Assembly: GCF_004010195.1 (NCBI RefSeq)
Contig: NC_057718.1
Span: forward strand, 6,767,240-6,831,239
From: Chiloscyllium plagiosum
Taxonomy: Eukaryota
DNA: 64,000 bases
Direction: 5' to 3'
Shown: positions 23,941-37,228 of the stretch, in pieces
Layout: each line of letters begins with the position of its first letter
Numbering within the stretch: the stretch's first letter is position 1
Notes under the pieces: generated by a model
Databases searched by the model: none
What the model was told of the DNA's origin: nothing
The model's input: the letters and a program-made list of their open reading frames with translations, nothing else
Translations under genes and position numbers: made by a program

Positions 23941-26744
23941 ATCTTTTTTGCACCCTTTCAAGTTTCATAACATCCTTCCTTTTGCTTGGAGACCACAACT
24001 GAATACAGTATTCGAAAAGTATCCTGACCAATATCCTGTACAGCCACAACTTGATATCTCAACTCTTATACTCCATGCACTGGCCAATAAAGGCAAGCTT
24101 ATCAAATGTTTTATTCAGTACCCTGTCTACCTGTGAGTCCACCTTCAATAATCTATGAACCTGCTTTCCAAGGTCTCTTTGGTCAGTAACATTTCCCAGG
24201 ACATTACCATTATGTGTATAAGTCCTGGCCTGATTTGTCTTAGCAAAATGCAACACCTCACATTTATCTAAATTAAACTCTATCTGCCGTGCCTTGGCCC
24301 ATTGGCCCATCTGATCAAGATCCCATTGTTCTCTGAAGTAATCTTCTTCACTGTACACTACACCTCCAATTTTGAAGTCATCTGCAAACTTACTAATCAT
24401 ACCTCCTATGTTCACATCCAAATCATTTATATAAATGATGAAAACCAATGGACCCAGCACCGATCCTTGTGGCACACCGCACGTCACAAGCCTCCAGTCT
24501 GTAAAGCAACTCTTTACCACCACCCTCTGTCTCCAACCTTCCAGCCAGTTTTGTACCTAATTAGCTAGCTCTCACTGTATTCCATGTGATCCAACCTTGT
24601 TAACCAGTCTACCACGTGAATCCTGCTCAAACACCTTGTTGAAGTCCATAAAGACAATGTTTACCACTCTGCCCTTATCAATCCTCTTTGTCACTTCTTC
24701 AAAAAACTCAATCAAGTTCGTGGGACTTGATTTCCGATGCACAAAGTCATGCTGATTATCCCTAATCGGTCTTTGCCTTTCCAAAGACATGTAGATCCTA
24801 TCCCTTAGAATTCCCTCCAACAACTTGCCCACAAGTGATGTCAGACTCACCAGTTTATAGTTCCCTGGCTTTTCCTTACCACCTTTCTTAAAGAGTAGCA
24901 CCATAATAGCCAATCTCCAGTTTTCCAGTACCTCATCTGTGGCTATTGATGATAGAAATATCTCAGCAAGGGGTCCAGCAATCACTTCCCTAGCTTCCCA
25001 CAGAGTTCTAGGGTACACCTGATCAGGTCCTGGGGACTTAACCACTTTTATGCATTTTAAGATATCCTGCAACTCCTTCTCTGTAATGTGGACATTTTCT
25101 AAGATATCACTATTTATTTCTCCAAGTTCTCTAGTTTGCATGCCTTGCCTCCACAGTAACTACTCCTCTTCCTTTTCTGCCTGGCTCTAGTCAGTTCCAA
25201 CTTCCTCTCTTCCCCTTCTATCCAGAAATTCCTGGCGCTGTTTCTTGGTCCAAAACATTGGAAGCCGTGAGGGAATCTGACACAAAATGCTCCGTGCATC
25301 CATCCCAGACTATTCGGCTGTGGGGGGGGTGGGGGGGAGGGGGAGATTGGGTGTGGGGTCTCAAATGGCAATGAGAGGAGAGGAGAAACTGTGTGTGTGG
25401 GTGAAGAAGAGAGAGCTGAAGACTGAGCTTGGATCATTATCCCCACACCAGTCTTGGTGCAGAGACTTACCCTGACTCTAACACCCACTGGCTGAGACAG
25501 TGGTGCAGGGAAGAGCCCAGAACAGGAACATTCCTGTCTCATTCAGCCCCCCAGTTGATAAATTTTCTGAGAGAGTTAGGAAAGAGCAGAAAGTATGAGG
25601 ACCAGTGCTTTATATCCTTTCCAGAAACTCCCGAAAATTAAAGCACGGCAGTTGTGTTATGTATTAAATTGCTACTGTTCCACATTTCCTCATTTGGGTC
25701 AGCATTATGGAACTGAGTTTTCACTGAGTAAACATGAAACCACATTCCTTAACATACTTTATGTGGTTTGGGATGTGAACATTTACCAAAAGTAGTTAGT
25801 CGCCGGAGGCCAAGAATAGCAATTGCACTCTTTAAAAATGTAACCGCTGTTGTGGCTGCAAACCATGATCTTTATCCAAGCAAAAGGAAAAAAAAATGTA
25901 AAACTTGTTACAATAATCTTTTTCAGTTTAAGCCTCACACTGCAAAAACACTTTTGTGTGCTCTGATCCTAAATGGAGATACAGGACTATCTCCTGGCTT
26001 TAGTTTTCCGACTTGTGTTGCATCATAATTTCATTTCCAGTTATCATCTCTTCTCCGGTCGCCTGCTATTGGATGGGCAGAAAGGGCTCAGCTCAGGAGG
26101 TCATTCCTGTGGATCCAATTCGCAAAACCTAGCTTTCCGTGTAGAGCCTTTATTCCCAGCAGGCATTTCTGTGGTGGTGTCATCCATCTAACGGCATTGG
26201 ACAAATGGATCCCGAAAATGCTACTTTGTAGTTGGGAATCTCGGTGTAATCTACAAATACAATCTGGAAATGGCAAGGCACCATCAGTAAATGGGAGAGA
26301 CATCTCTGACAGTTTACCTGTTTCTAACCCGGGACCTTGGGCAGACCAACGGAAGACAGTTAAGAGTGGGAGTAGGCCATTCAGCCCTTCATTTGCTCCT
26401 TGGCTGGGCCTTGACCAATCAGAATTGACTTGCCGTACTATCCACACATTTTTCCCTGTCAAATAAATTGTTGTGTTTGTTTGAAATTTGGCATTCTTGC
26501 ATTTGTCTTGATGAGAGCAAGATGAAACATTTTGGCAACTTGTTTACAGCAGCATAAAAGAAACATTGACACCCCAGTCAATACCTCATTCAGAGTTCTG
26601 GCCTGCAAGTATCTGTCCACTGCAACTGCAACATGTCAACTGTGGCTCAGTCTTCTCTCTGGACTCAGGGTCCTGAGTTCAAATCCCTCTCGAAGGTTTG
26701 AGCAGATACTTGGATGAGGTGCTGAATGAGCAGATTATCAGGTC

Positions 26745-28035
26745 ATGCACATAGAGCATGGAAACAAACCCTTTGGTCCAACCAGTCCATGCTGAACACA
26801 ATCCCAAACGAAACTAGTCTCACCTGCCTGCCCCTGGCCCATATCCCTCCAAAGCTTTCCTATTCATGTACTTATCTAAGTGTCTTTTAAATTGTGACTG
26901 TTCCCACATTCCACACACAAACCACCCTCTGTGTAAACATTTTGCTCCCACATGTCTTCTACTCTCTCAGCTTAAACATATGTCCCCTAGTCTTGAAATC
27001 CCCATTCTAGAATCATCAGTCTATCTGTACTCCCTCATGATTTTATAAACCTCTATAAGGTCAGCTCTCAACCACCTACACTCCAGTGAGAAAAGTCTCA
27101 GCCTATTCAGCCTTTCTTTATAACTCAAATCCTCCATTCCTGGCAACATCCTGGTCAATCTCTTCTGAACGCTCTTCAGTTTGATAATACCCTTCTATAA
27201 CTGGGTGGCCAGAACTGGACACATTATTCCAGAAGGAGCCTCATTACTGTCCTCAACATGTCATCTCAAATCGTCACGCTCATGACAAAACAGATATTGG
27301 CAGAATACAGATATCGCTGAAAATGTGTTGCTGGAAAAGTGCAGCAGGTCAGGAAGCATCCAAGGAGCAGGAGAATACATAATACAGATATCCACTTGTG
27401 ATCACAACGCAAACAGGACAGACCTGCACAAGAACATAAGCACCATAAGAACCAGGAGCAGGAGGAGGCCATTTGCTCTGCCATTCAATAAGATCATGGC
27501 TGATCTGTTCATGGACTCAATTCCACTTACCCGCCCGCTCACCATAACCCTTAATTCCTTTACTGTTTAAAAATCTATTTATGTTTACCTTAAAAACATT
27601 CAACAAGGTGGCCTCAACTGCTCCATCGGGCAAGGAATTCCACAGAGTCACAACCTTTTGGGTGAAGGAGTTCCTTCTCTGCTCACTCCTAAATCCTGCG
27701 TCCCCTTATTTTGAGGCTATGCTCTCTAGTTCTAGTTCCACCCACTGGTGGAAACAACCTCCCTGCTTCTCACTTAACTGATCCCTCCATAATTTTATAT
27801 GTTTCCGTAAAATTTGTCCTCATTCTTCTAAATTCCAATGATTACAGGTCCAGTCTACTCAATGTCTCCTCATAAGGCAACCCGTTCAACTCCAGAGTCA
27901 ACCTAGTGAACCTCCACCGCACCAACCCCACTGCCAGTACATATTTTCTCAAGTGAGGAGATAAAAACAGCACGCAGTACTCCAGGGGTGGGCTCACCAG
28001 CACCCTGTACAGCTGCAACATAACCTCTCCACTTT
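26745..28035 (-). mobile_element. Two CR1 3' fragments (26745-27265, 27430-28035) and a short pLTR insert (27316-27380)
   Basis: Minus ORF LYRVLVSPPLEYCVLFLSPHLRK. The pLTR is flanked by AATACAGATATC at 27304-27315 and 27381-27392. Confidence 0.82.
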
Positions 28036-28099
28036 GAAAAGAAGGACGTTGTTGGGTGAGGTGAAGTATGAGTGAGGAGAAGCAGAAGTCAGCTGGGCT

Positions 28100-28330
28100 T
28101 CTGTGCTGCAAATTCTGTGTAACGAGACGTGTAAGGAACTTAAGCAGTTCTTTATCATTAAAATCAAGACCATCCAAGATTTTGCCTCCAATCTCCGCAT
28201 TTCCCCAGAATCCACTCTACCGTCAACCTAACCTTGCATTCTTCACTGTTTTTTTTGTGCTCTTTTACCTTGTTTGTGAGCCTCAAAGTTGTTCCCCTGA
28301 TCTCAATCCAATGAAAGCCCTGTTTGCAGA
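28100..28330 (+). mobile_element. L2 LINE ORF2 relic
   Basis: Readings TCKELKQFFIIKIKTIQ and SCSPDLNPMKAL resemble the L2 pre-RT region. L2-like 3' ends occur at about 36570-36670 and 62380-62500. Confidence 0.5.
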
Positions 28331-28564
28331 GTACAGGGTTAATGCTCAAAAATAAAAAAAAATGAAGAACTGCAGATGCTGGAAATCAGAAACAAAAACA
28401 GAAGTTGCTGGAGAAACTCAGCAGGTCAGGCAGCATCTGTGGAGAGGGAGTTAGCATTTCACGTTCAGTGACCCTTAACACTTAGAAACATAAACTGCTT
28501 CAAGTGGTGGTAGAAAGCACATGGTGAGAAGATTAGGGAGGTCGGTGGAACAGAGTTATCCTGG

Positions 28565-28697
28565 CAGGAGAAAGTGAGGACTGCAGATGCTGGAGACCAG
28601 AGTTGAAAAATGTGGTGCTGGAAAAACACAGCAGGCTAGGCAGCATCCAAGGAGCAGGAGAATCGACATTTCGGGCATAAGCCCTTCTTCAGGAATG
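28565..28697 (-). mobile_element. Penelope pLTR insert with hammerhead motif
   Basis: Minus-strand CTGAAGAAGGGCTTATGCCCGAAATGTC at 28665-28692, flanked by AGAGT(T/A)ATCCTGG. Confidence 0.8.
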
Positions 28698-29829
28698 AGA
28701 GTAATCCTGGTGTTAATTCCAGGAAAGTAAATCGTTTGAAGAATGTTAAGAAACAGTTGATAAACTGTCACCTGAGGAACCTTAGACCTCAGCAACCTCC
28801 CCTGAGTAAGGTAGAAGGCCCAAAACTTTTCAGGACTGCCACTAAGATATCAGACTCATCACAAAACTGAAGAAGGGTCACTATGGATCCAAGTGCTGCC
28901 GTTAGCTCTCAGGTTACAGCAGTCCCAACACACTGTCTCAGAGACAATCCAATCACTCACAACATTGTTACCGCACTCTTGCAATCTCCTCCCAGCTACT
29001 GAAGCTCCGACTCCCAAAACACCCACAAGCCCAACACTGAAACCTAACGGCCTATTTCCCCCTCTCATTCCTTTATATGTATATGTTGTTCACGTGAATG
29101 GGTCAGTGCTGAGAGGACCACAAAACATATGCAGGAAAGTGAAGTTGAGGATTATCAAATCAGCCACAATCTCACTGAATGCTGGTGCAGACTCAATGGG
29201 CTGAATGGCCTGCTCCTATTCTATATGAAATGGCCCAAAAGATTGGTGAACCACCTGCTTGATTATGACTGCGAGGCTTGCCGAGCTGTTTCGGAGAGCA
29301 GTTAAGAGTCAGCTACGTTGTCGTGGAGCTGAAACCTCATTTCCTTCCCCTGAAAGGGCATTAACAAAACCAGATTTGTTTTGTTGGCAATTGCCTGGTT
29401 ACCAACGTTGACAATACCTTTGCAAATCCAGATTTACTCCATCAACCACTTTTGAAATCCATAGATGACCCAATGCAGGATTTGAGCTCCCAACTCTGGA
29501 TCATTAGTCCAGGAATCTGGATTACCTAGTCCAGTAACACAACCACTATGTTACTGATTAATCCCACACCAGGGCCACAGACTTTCTTTGGTTCTTGATT
29601 CCGATCCCAATTACTTCACTTTCTTTTAAACTGAATGATACTGCCACCTACTGGCCCCAGAAACTGGAAGATGCAAATCTTTCAGAGTCTGCCTGTATTG
29701 CTGCTTTTTAATTCCCTTAACTCTCTTGAGATCAAACTTATTGTCTTAGAGATGGAAGGCTGTTCTCATTCTCTAGATTGGCAATTGTTGGTCACCATAT
29801 TAAGGTATAACTGAGTGACTTGTAACAAG

Positions 29830-30165
29830 GGATGAACTCAGATTTCTCCAGTTTCCTCATTTCCCCTCCCCCCACCTTGTCTCAGTTCCAACCCTCGAAC
29901 TCAGCACCGCCTTCCTAACCTGCAATCTTCTTCCTGACCTTTCCGCCCCCACCCCCACTCCGGTCTATCACCCTCACCTTTACCTTCTTCCACCTATTGC
30001 ATTTCCACCCCTCCCCCAAGTCCCTCCTCCCTACCTTTTATCTTAGCCTGCTTGGCACACCTTCCTAATTCCTGAAGAAGGGCTCATGCCCGAAACGTCG
30101 ATTCTCCTGCTCCTTGGATGCTGCCTGATCTGCTGCGTTTTTCCAGCAACAAATTTTCAGCTCTG
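29830..30165 (+). mobile_element. Penelope 3' end/pLTR, young copy
   Basis: GMNSDFSSFLIS ORF end, C-rich tract, hammerhead motif, and the same terminal sequence as other pLTR copies. Confidence 0.85.
30072..30099 (+). ncRNA. Minimal hammerhead ribozyme motif, intact
   Basis: CUGAAGA-A-GGGC-UCAU-GCCC-GAA-ACGU-C. Confidence 0.75.
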
Positions 30166-31859
30166 ACTTGCCACAAGGTTTAGTGCGTGCCTGGGGTTGG
30201 GGATAGAATACGGAGAGAGGGAATGAATGGTACACTTGCTGATTGATGGTATTTTAGTGAGCAGTGTCCCCATACTTTCCCATTGCATCTAAACACGGCA
30301 CCATCCCAAATACTGTGGACCACTGTTACGGAAAACATTTGAGGCTAAAATATGAAATCTTTTCAAGAGGGGTTAGATATTGTTCTTAGAGTGAAAGGGA
30401 TCGAGGGGAATGTGTGAAAGTGGGAATAGGGGTCTGAAATGGATGATCAACAATGGTCATATTGAAAGGCAGAGCAGACTTGAAGGGCTGAATGGCCAAC
30501 TCCTGCTTTCTCTGCTTGAACTTAGCATTCCTCGCCACAATCAAACTGTTGGGAAAAAGCAAGGAATAGGATATGATCAGTAGGCCCATCAACTTCTCAC
30601 TTCTTACTAGTCCAGGGGTGACCCACAATTACCACTAGACCATGCGCCCCCACCCCCATCCCCCCACATATCATCAGTTTGAGACATCTGTTACTTCTGG
30701 GAGAAATCAGAGATTCGTGGAGTCATGCAGCACAGGAAAGGCCCTGTAGCAACAATAACTACCACTAAACATGTACCGATCCCAATTTCCTGCATTTGTC
30801 CCATATCCTTGCATGCTGTGATATGATGGGCCCTTGTGATTTCCAAAATCAGATTTCCGAAGGTTTGCTGGACTTTGTGCCTGGGAATGTTGCCACCCAG
30901 GTCAGTGGGACATGCGGAAGGAGATCGGGAATTCGCCCAAGGCGTGGGAAAGGACCTCCCCCTAATCTTGCGAACCTTCATTCCAAAGAGGATTTTCCTG
31001 GATTAAAAGCCTACAACTGTCAATGGCCAACTGAGACATACCACCTTCATGTTGATGCTATTTGACGCTTTAAGGCATTGAAACACTTGAAATGAACATT
31101 TGTTTTTTTTTAGCTGTTTCTGCCACGTAAGGGAAAAGCTATGCATAGTTTTAAGAGACGAGGTAGGAAAGTTTGCGGTGGAGAGTGTTAATCTTCACGA
31201 ACTAACATCCAAGGATATTATATAACAGCATCTGTGGCCTTATGGTGTTTTCCATTCACTGGTTTAAAATATCCTGTTTTTTTTAACTGTGGGGTTTACT
31301 TTGGAACCAGTTGTCTGAAATTTTTTCACCCCTTTCTTTTGCATATGTGCTGTGTTCATGTGTTCGTCCAACACTTTTAGCTTTCTCTACAATTTACAGT
31401 TTCCTTTCTTTGCCTTGAGTTGCCAAAACTGGTCTTGCAATAGTTGATCCCACGCTGGTTTTAAAGTAACATGTACCTCCAACTGTGAAGAAATGAGCAA
31501 TCTATGTCCCTTCATCTGAAAAAGAGGATTGTGTACGTAACAAAGTGAACAATCTGCTAAGCAGGGTCAGTTTAATTTATAACACTGTGCATTCTGGGAT
31601 CAAACCCTACTCTGGGGCAGGAGCACAAAAACTAGGCTGACACTCTCTCAGGTCATTTCTGAGAACACACTGCATTGTCAAATGTGCTGTCATCCAAGAT
31701 CCATGCTAATGTCGAGATGATGGTATAGTCTTCAGGAAAGGTGGTAGAGATCCAAGCTGGTGTCCCAAGTCAATAGTTAGTTGTAGAAACAAAGATTCAA
31801 TAGATTGGCAATTTGCTTTATCTTGTCATGTACAAAATAGCCTTTGACATTCAGACAGT

Positions 31860-32800
31860 ACAGAAAATAGGAGGCGGCCATTTGTCCCTTCCAGACTGCT
31901 GTCCCATTCAGCATGATCATGGCTGATCATCATAGAATCCCTACAGTTTAGAAAGAGGCCATTCAGTCTATCAAGTCTGCACTGACCCTTCAAAGGGCAT
32001 TGCATCTGGATCTAGTCCCCTATCTCCACATTTTTCAGAGCTAATCCACCTAGCCTGCACAAGCTTAGCACAGCCAATGCACCTAACCTGCACATCTTTG
32101 GACTGTGGATGGAAGCGTGGGGAGAATGTGCATGTTACATTGAACACCTTGAAAACATTCAATATTTTGGTCTTGACAGCTTTCTGTGGCAGAGAATTCC
32201 ACAGGCTCACCACTCTCTGGCTGAAGGAAGTTCTCCTCATCTCAGCAGACTGCCCTGTATCCTTAGGCTGTGACCCCCTGGTTCTGTAATCCCTGATCAT
32301 TCTTCCTATGTAATCCTATTCATATTTCATAGGTTTTGACGAGATTCCCCTCTTTAACCTTCTAAACTGCAGTGAATATAGTCTTCATCAATCCGTATCC
32401 CTTCATTCGTCGGTCCCATTACCTCAGGAATTGGTCTGGCACACCTTCATTGCATTGCTTCCATTGCCAGAACTTTCTTCCTCAGATACGGAGAACAAAA
32501 CTGAGCGCAATATTCCAGGTGCGGTCTCACCAAGGCTCTGTACAACTCCAGCAAGACATCCCTGCTCCTGTACTTGAATCCTCTCATGATGAAAGCCAAC
32601 ATGCCATTGACCTTCTTCACTGCCTGCTGTACCTGCAATGCTTACCTTCAGTGACTGGTGTACAAGGACATCCAATTCTCATTACACCATCCATCCCCTT
32701 CAGATCCGTCCATATGTTTTGCTATCAAAGTGGATTTCCTTAGATTTATCCACATTTCATTTGTCTTGTGTTTGCCCACCCACTCGACTTGTACAAATCA
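31860..32800 (-). mobile_element. CR1 fragment with a partial HE1 insert (31930-32140)
   Basis: Minus ORF QAVKKVNGMLAFIMRGFKYRSRDVLLELYRALVRPHLEYC. Confidence 0.85.
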
Positions 32801-33174
32801 CATTTATAACAGTGAATACACTTCAAAAGTGCTTCACTGTTTGTGAACAATTTTGCATCTTCTGAAAGGTGCTCGCGAAATTGAAGGTCTGTCTTTCTTT
32901 GACCTCAGTAAGCTGTGGAGGAGAAATTTGGCTTGAGTTCTTGCTCCTCATCACAGAGTGATTAGACTTCATCCAGCGCAGGTGGATAATCCACTGTCCA
33001 GCCCGACCCTCAAAGGTCAGGAGAATGGAAGCTGATTAAACCATTACCCAGCTCAAATAAAAGGTCACCCAAGCAGGTGGAGAAGACGTATCCTGCAGCA
33101 TTAGGAAGAAGAACAGGAAAAGTTTACCTCTGCTCAACTCCACTTTCCTGTCTGTTAATTCCATGCTCATTTTT

Positions 33175-35400
33175 CTCTTTATTCACCTGTGGCACGTGGG
33201 TATCACTGGTTGACCCTTGAGAAGGTGGTGGTGAGCTGCTTTCTTGAACCACTGCAGTCCATGGGCTGAATGTTGACCCACAATGCCCTGAGGGAGAGAA
33301 TTCCAGGATGTTAGCCCAATTACAGTGAAGGACCAATGATATATTTGCAAGTCAGGATGGTGAGTTGCTTGGAGCAGAACTTGCAGGTTGTGGTGTCCCA
33401 TGTATCTGCTAACCTTGTCCTTCTAGATGGAATTAGTTGTGAGTCTGGAAGGTGTTGTGTAAGGATTGTTGGTGAATTTCTGCAGTGCATCTTGCAGATA
33501 CTACACACTGCTGCTACTGAGTTTTGGTGAAGGAGGGAGTGGATGTTTGTGGATATGGTGCCAATCAAGTGGGCTACTTTGTCCTGGATGGCGTTGAGCT
33601 TCTGCGGTGCTCTTGAAACTGCCCTCACCCAGGCAAGTGGGGAATATGACATCACACTCCTGACTTGGTCCATGTAGATGGTGAACAAGCTTTAAGGGTT
33701 CAGAAGTTGAATTACTCACTACTGTATTCCTAGCCTCTGACCTTCTCTTGTTGTCTTGAGGTTCTGATCAATGGTAACCCAAAGGATGCTGATAATGTGG
33801 TATTCAGTGTTGGTAACACAATTGAATGTCAAGGGGCTATGGTTAGGTTCTCGCGTATTGGAGATGGTCATTCCCTGGCATTTGTGTGACTCTAACATTG
33901 CTTGCCACTTGTCAGACCAGCATTTATTACCCATCCCTAATTGCCCAACGGATAGTTAAAAGTCAACCCCATTTCTCTGGTTCTGAAGTCACATGTAGGC
34001 CAGACCGAGTAAGGATGGCAGCTGTCCAAAAGGGCATTGGAACCTCAGCCTGGCTCTTTGGATTATCCAGTGACATCACCAATTCTTGGCCACCTCCCCA
34101 GAGATTCCCTTGAGGATTCAAATCTTGGATTACTCCAATGAGACAGCATTCACAGCTTTCTAGGGCAGAGAGCTCCAAAATTCACAAGCTTCTAAATGAA
34201 GAATTTTTTCCTCATGTCAGGCCTTCTCCTGGGGTTCTGAGCATCATTGATGCCAGTCCTTCGCCAATTGGATTCACCCACTTGATATTGGCTCTGGATT
34301 CTGTAAAAGTCATGATGTCTGACAGCATTCTGGCAATAGTACTGAAGACTTCTGCTCTAGAATCTACTGCCGTCCTAGCTAAGTTGTTTCCATGTAGCTA
34401 CAACACTAACATCCATCCGCAAAGTGGATAATTGCCCAAGTATGTCCTGCCAAAGACAGACCATTGAGTCCACTCTCAATAGTGAGCAGTTGTAGTCTCA
34501 GGGTATCAGTTCAGCAACTCCTGAGCCCAACCATCTTTAGCTGCTTTATCAATGACTATCCATCCATCAGAAGTCAGAAGTGAGGATATTTGCTAGTGAA
34601 TGTATAATGTTCAGCACCATTTGCCTCTCCTCAGATACTGAAGCAGTCTGTATCTAAATGCACCAACACCAAAACAATATCTAAATAGGTGCTACCCAAG
34701 AACCAGACAATCATCATCTCTCATGAGAGAATATAACCAATGCTATTTGATATTCAAAGACGTTACCCCATAATTGAATCCCCCATTGTCAGCATCCTGG
34801 GCTGACTATTGATCAGGAATTGGACTGGACCAGTTACATAAGTACTGTGGCTGAAAGACCATATCAGAGGCTCGAAATATTGCAGCAAGTAACTCACCTC
34901 CTGACTCCCCAAAGACAGTCCACTATCTACAAGGCACAAGTCAGGGGTGGGGTGGAATACTCCCCATTTGTTAGTGCAACTTCAACAACGTTCAAGAAGC
35001 TCAACATCATTAAGGGCAAAGCAGCAGCTGATCCACCACCTTCAACATATAATTCTTCCACCAACGACATACAGTGTGGACCATATGCACAATGCATTGC
35101 AGCAACTCACCAAGTCTCCTTTGACAGCATTTTCTAAATCCACGACTACTTCCACCTGAAGAGGAAACAAAAGCGGATACACAGGATCACCACTTCTTAC
35201 AAGTTCCCTTCCAAGCCATTCACCATCTTGACTTGGAAATATCTTACTGGACCCCTCCAGTGTCACTGGGACAAAATCCTGGAACTCCTGAAGAGTGAAG
35301 TCAGGCTACCGACAGCACATGGGCTGCAGCAATTCCAGAAAGTAATTCACCACCACCTTCGCCAAGTCAATTTGAGATGGGTAATAAATACTGGACAGCT
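33175..35400. mobile_element. Two copies of a distinct CR1-clade LINE (minus 33175-33915, plus 34430-35400)
   Basis: PTIFSCFIND at about 34527 and LTPQRQSTIYKAQVR. The 3' end matches the tail of the second SINE family. Further pieces lie at about 50280-50910 and 55340-55850. Confidence 0.75.
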
Positions 35401-35409
35401 GGAAATGCT

Positions 35410-35742
35410 AGGATGGCACAGTGCCTAAGTAGTTAGCACTGCAGACTCATGATGGCAGGGGCCCAGGTTTGATCCCAGCCTTGGGTGACTGGCTGTGTGG
35501 AGTTTGTACATTCTCCCTGCGTCTGCATGGGTTTCCTCCCAGAATCCAAAGATCTGTGGGTGAGGTGGTTTGGCCATGCTAAATTGCCCATAATGTGCAG
35601 GCTAGGGGGATTAGCCATGGGAAATGTCAGGTTACAGGTATAGTGTAGAGGGATGGGTCTGAGTGGAATCCTCTTTGAATAGTCAGTGTGGACTTGATAG
35701 GCCAAATGGCCTACTTCCACACTGTATGGATTCTATGATTCT
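35410..35742 (+). mobile_element. HE1-type SINE (older subfamily)
   Basis: V-domain and CR1-like tail GGATTCTATGATTCTA. Confidence 0.85.
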
Positions 35743-37228
35743 AGCCAGCGATGCCCAGGTGCCGTGTTCATAAGAAAGAAAAAAGTCCTAAATGTCTAAC
35801 TTTACCCTATGGATCTAACCTTTAGCTCTCGACTCTCCAGCTAGTGGAAACTTTCATCCTGTCAAATCCTCAAAGCATTGTATCCTTTTTAATGAATTCA
35901 GTTACCAATCTTCTATATACCAGGACCATTCGAGTTCACTTCACTCTCACGTGGTGCATCATTTCCAAGGTAGGTAAATCCTTCTTTAGCAGGATTGAAT
36001 TATCATACGGGGTTGGTGCAAGGATTGCACTGAAACCAAGCACGTTATAATTTCAACAACTCGAAAACAAGGGAGGCATGAGGAACCAGACACTTGGATG
36101 TACGTATGAATTAAGTGAAGCCAGATAGAGCTGTCCATCAGCAAGCTTTTCTCAAAACTTGTCAGATTTGGCACAATCTGCACTTTGAATTCACAAGAGA
36201 TATCTGAATTTACTGAATTTAAATGGGAATAGCTCAATTGAGATCCTCTGTTGATTCTACCTGTGCCAAATGTTATGACACAGCAGAATGCCTTTGGCCT
36301 TTTTTGCCTTCTGTTTTCTTTCACTGGGCTGTGAAATCATTGTTTACAGTTGTGTGCTGTTATTCCTGAGTCAAATCCAAACATCAGTTATCTTCTGGAT
36401 TAGGTCAGGATTTTGTTAACATTCTGGTCTTTTTGGAGTCTCACATACTCTGGGGTGATAGCGAACAGTTGGAACTGTGCTTGGAAAATAGAAACTTAAT
36501 CATCAGCACATTGTTTGATTTAGGATTCTGTAACTGGATAATAATCATACATGCAATTAAATCCATAATTCTGCACCACCTCTTTTAAGATGCTTCTTAA
36601 AACCTACATCTTTGGCCAAGATTTCTCTCATCCATTTGATATTCATATCTGTTGGCTTGCTGTTAATCTTACAAAGGCGAGAAACTAGGAACAGGGAACT
36701 GAATTGAATGTTCAGCAATGACCGTATTGAAGGGCCAAATAGTCTATTCCTGCTTCTATTTTCAACATTGTTATGTGTTCTGACAACAGTGCAGATGTCC
36801 TGGTGCAACGTCTTGACATGCTGTCCCATTTTATCGGTGCTATGTAGATCTCAGGTGTTGTTGCTCACTAGACTCTTGCCAGTAGATGTAGCTTTGGCTC
36901 ATCGACTAAAGAGCTGAACACAACTCCAAAGCAATACTAAAGGAGTGCTGATGTGTCAGTGGTGCCACCTTGTGAATGGGATGGTCAACCTTCAATAGAA
37001 TGTTGAAGAGCCCTTGGTATTATTGGAAAGAAGAACAGTTGTCTCTCATGGACCAGTCAATGTTTATCCGTGAACCAACATCACCAAGGGAACTGAGCTC
37101 CATAGTGTTGCTGCTGTCATGACTAAATAATGGTAACCATGAAACTTCTACCAGAACACATACAAAACGGAAATAGGACTATCGAGCAAAATACGTTCAT
37201 GGCTGACTTGGAGTTACTGCTCCACTTC

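Larger units (their letters stand above)
22010..25160 (-). mobile_element. Older CR1 LINE hosting nested insertions
   Basis: Minus ORFs KSPGPDQVYPRTL..PGNYKLVSLTS, GVPQGSVLGPLVFIIYINDLD..KFADD and RLGLYSLEHRRLRGDL are collinear once 22404-23482 and 23513-23940 are removed. Confidence 0.92.

Noticed and set aside
26462..26467. AATAAA as a poly(A) signal
   Set aside because: It belongs to a dispersed repeat also present in reverse at about 46850-46925.
35986..36324. 112-aa minus ORF with an acceptor-like site
   Set aside because: No recognisable similarity and no clear donor. The length is within chance expectation.
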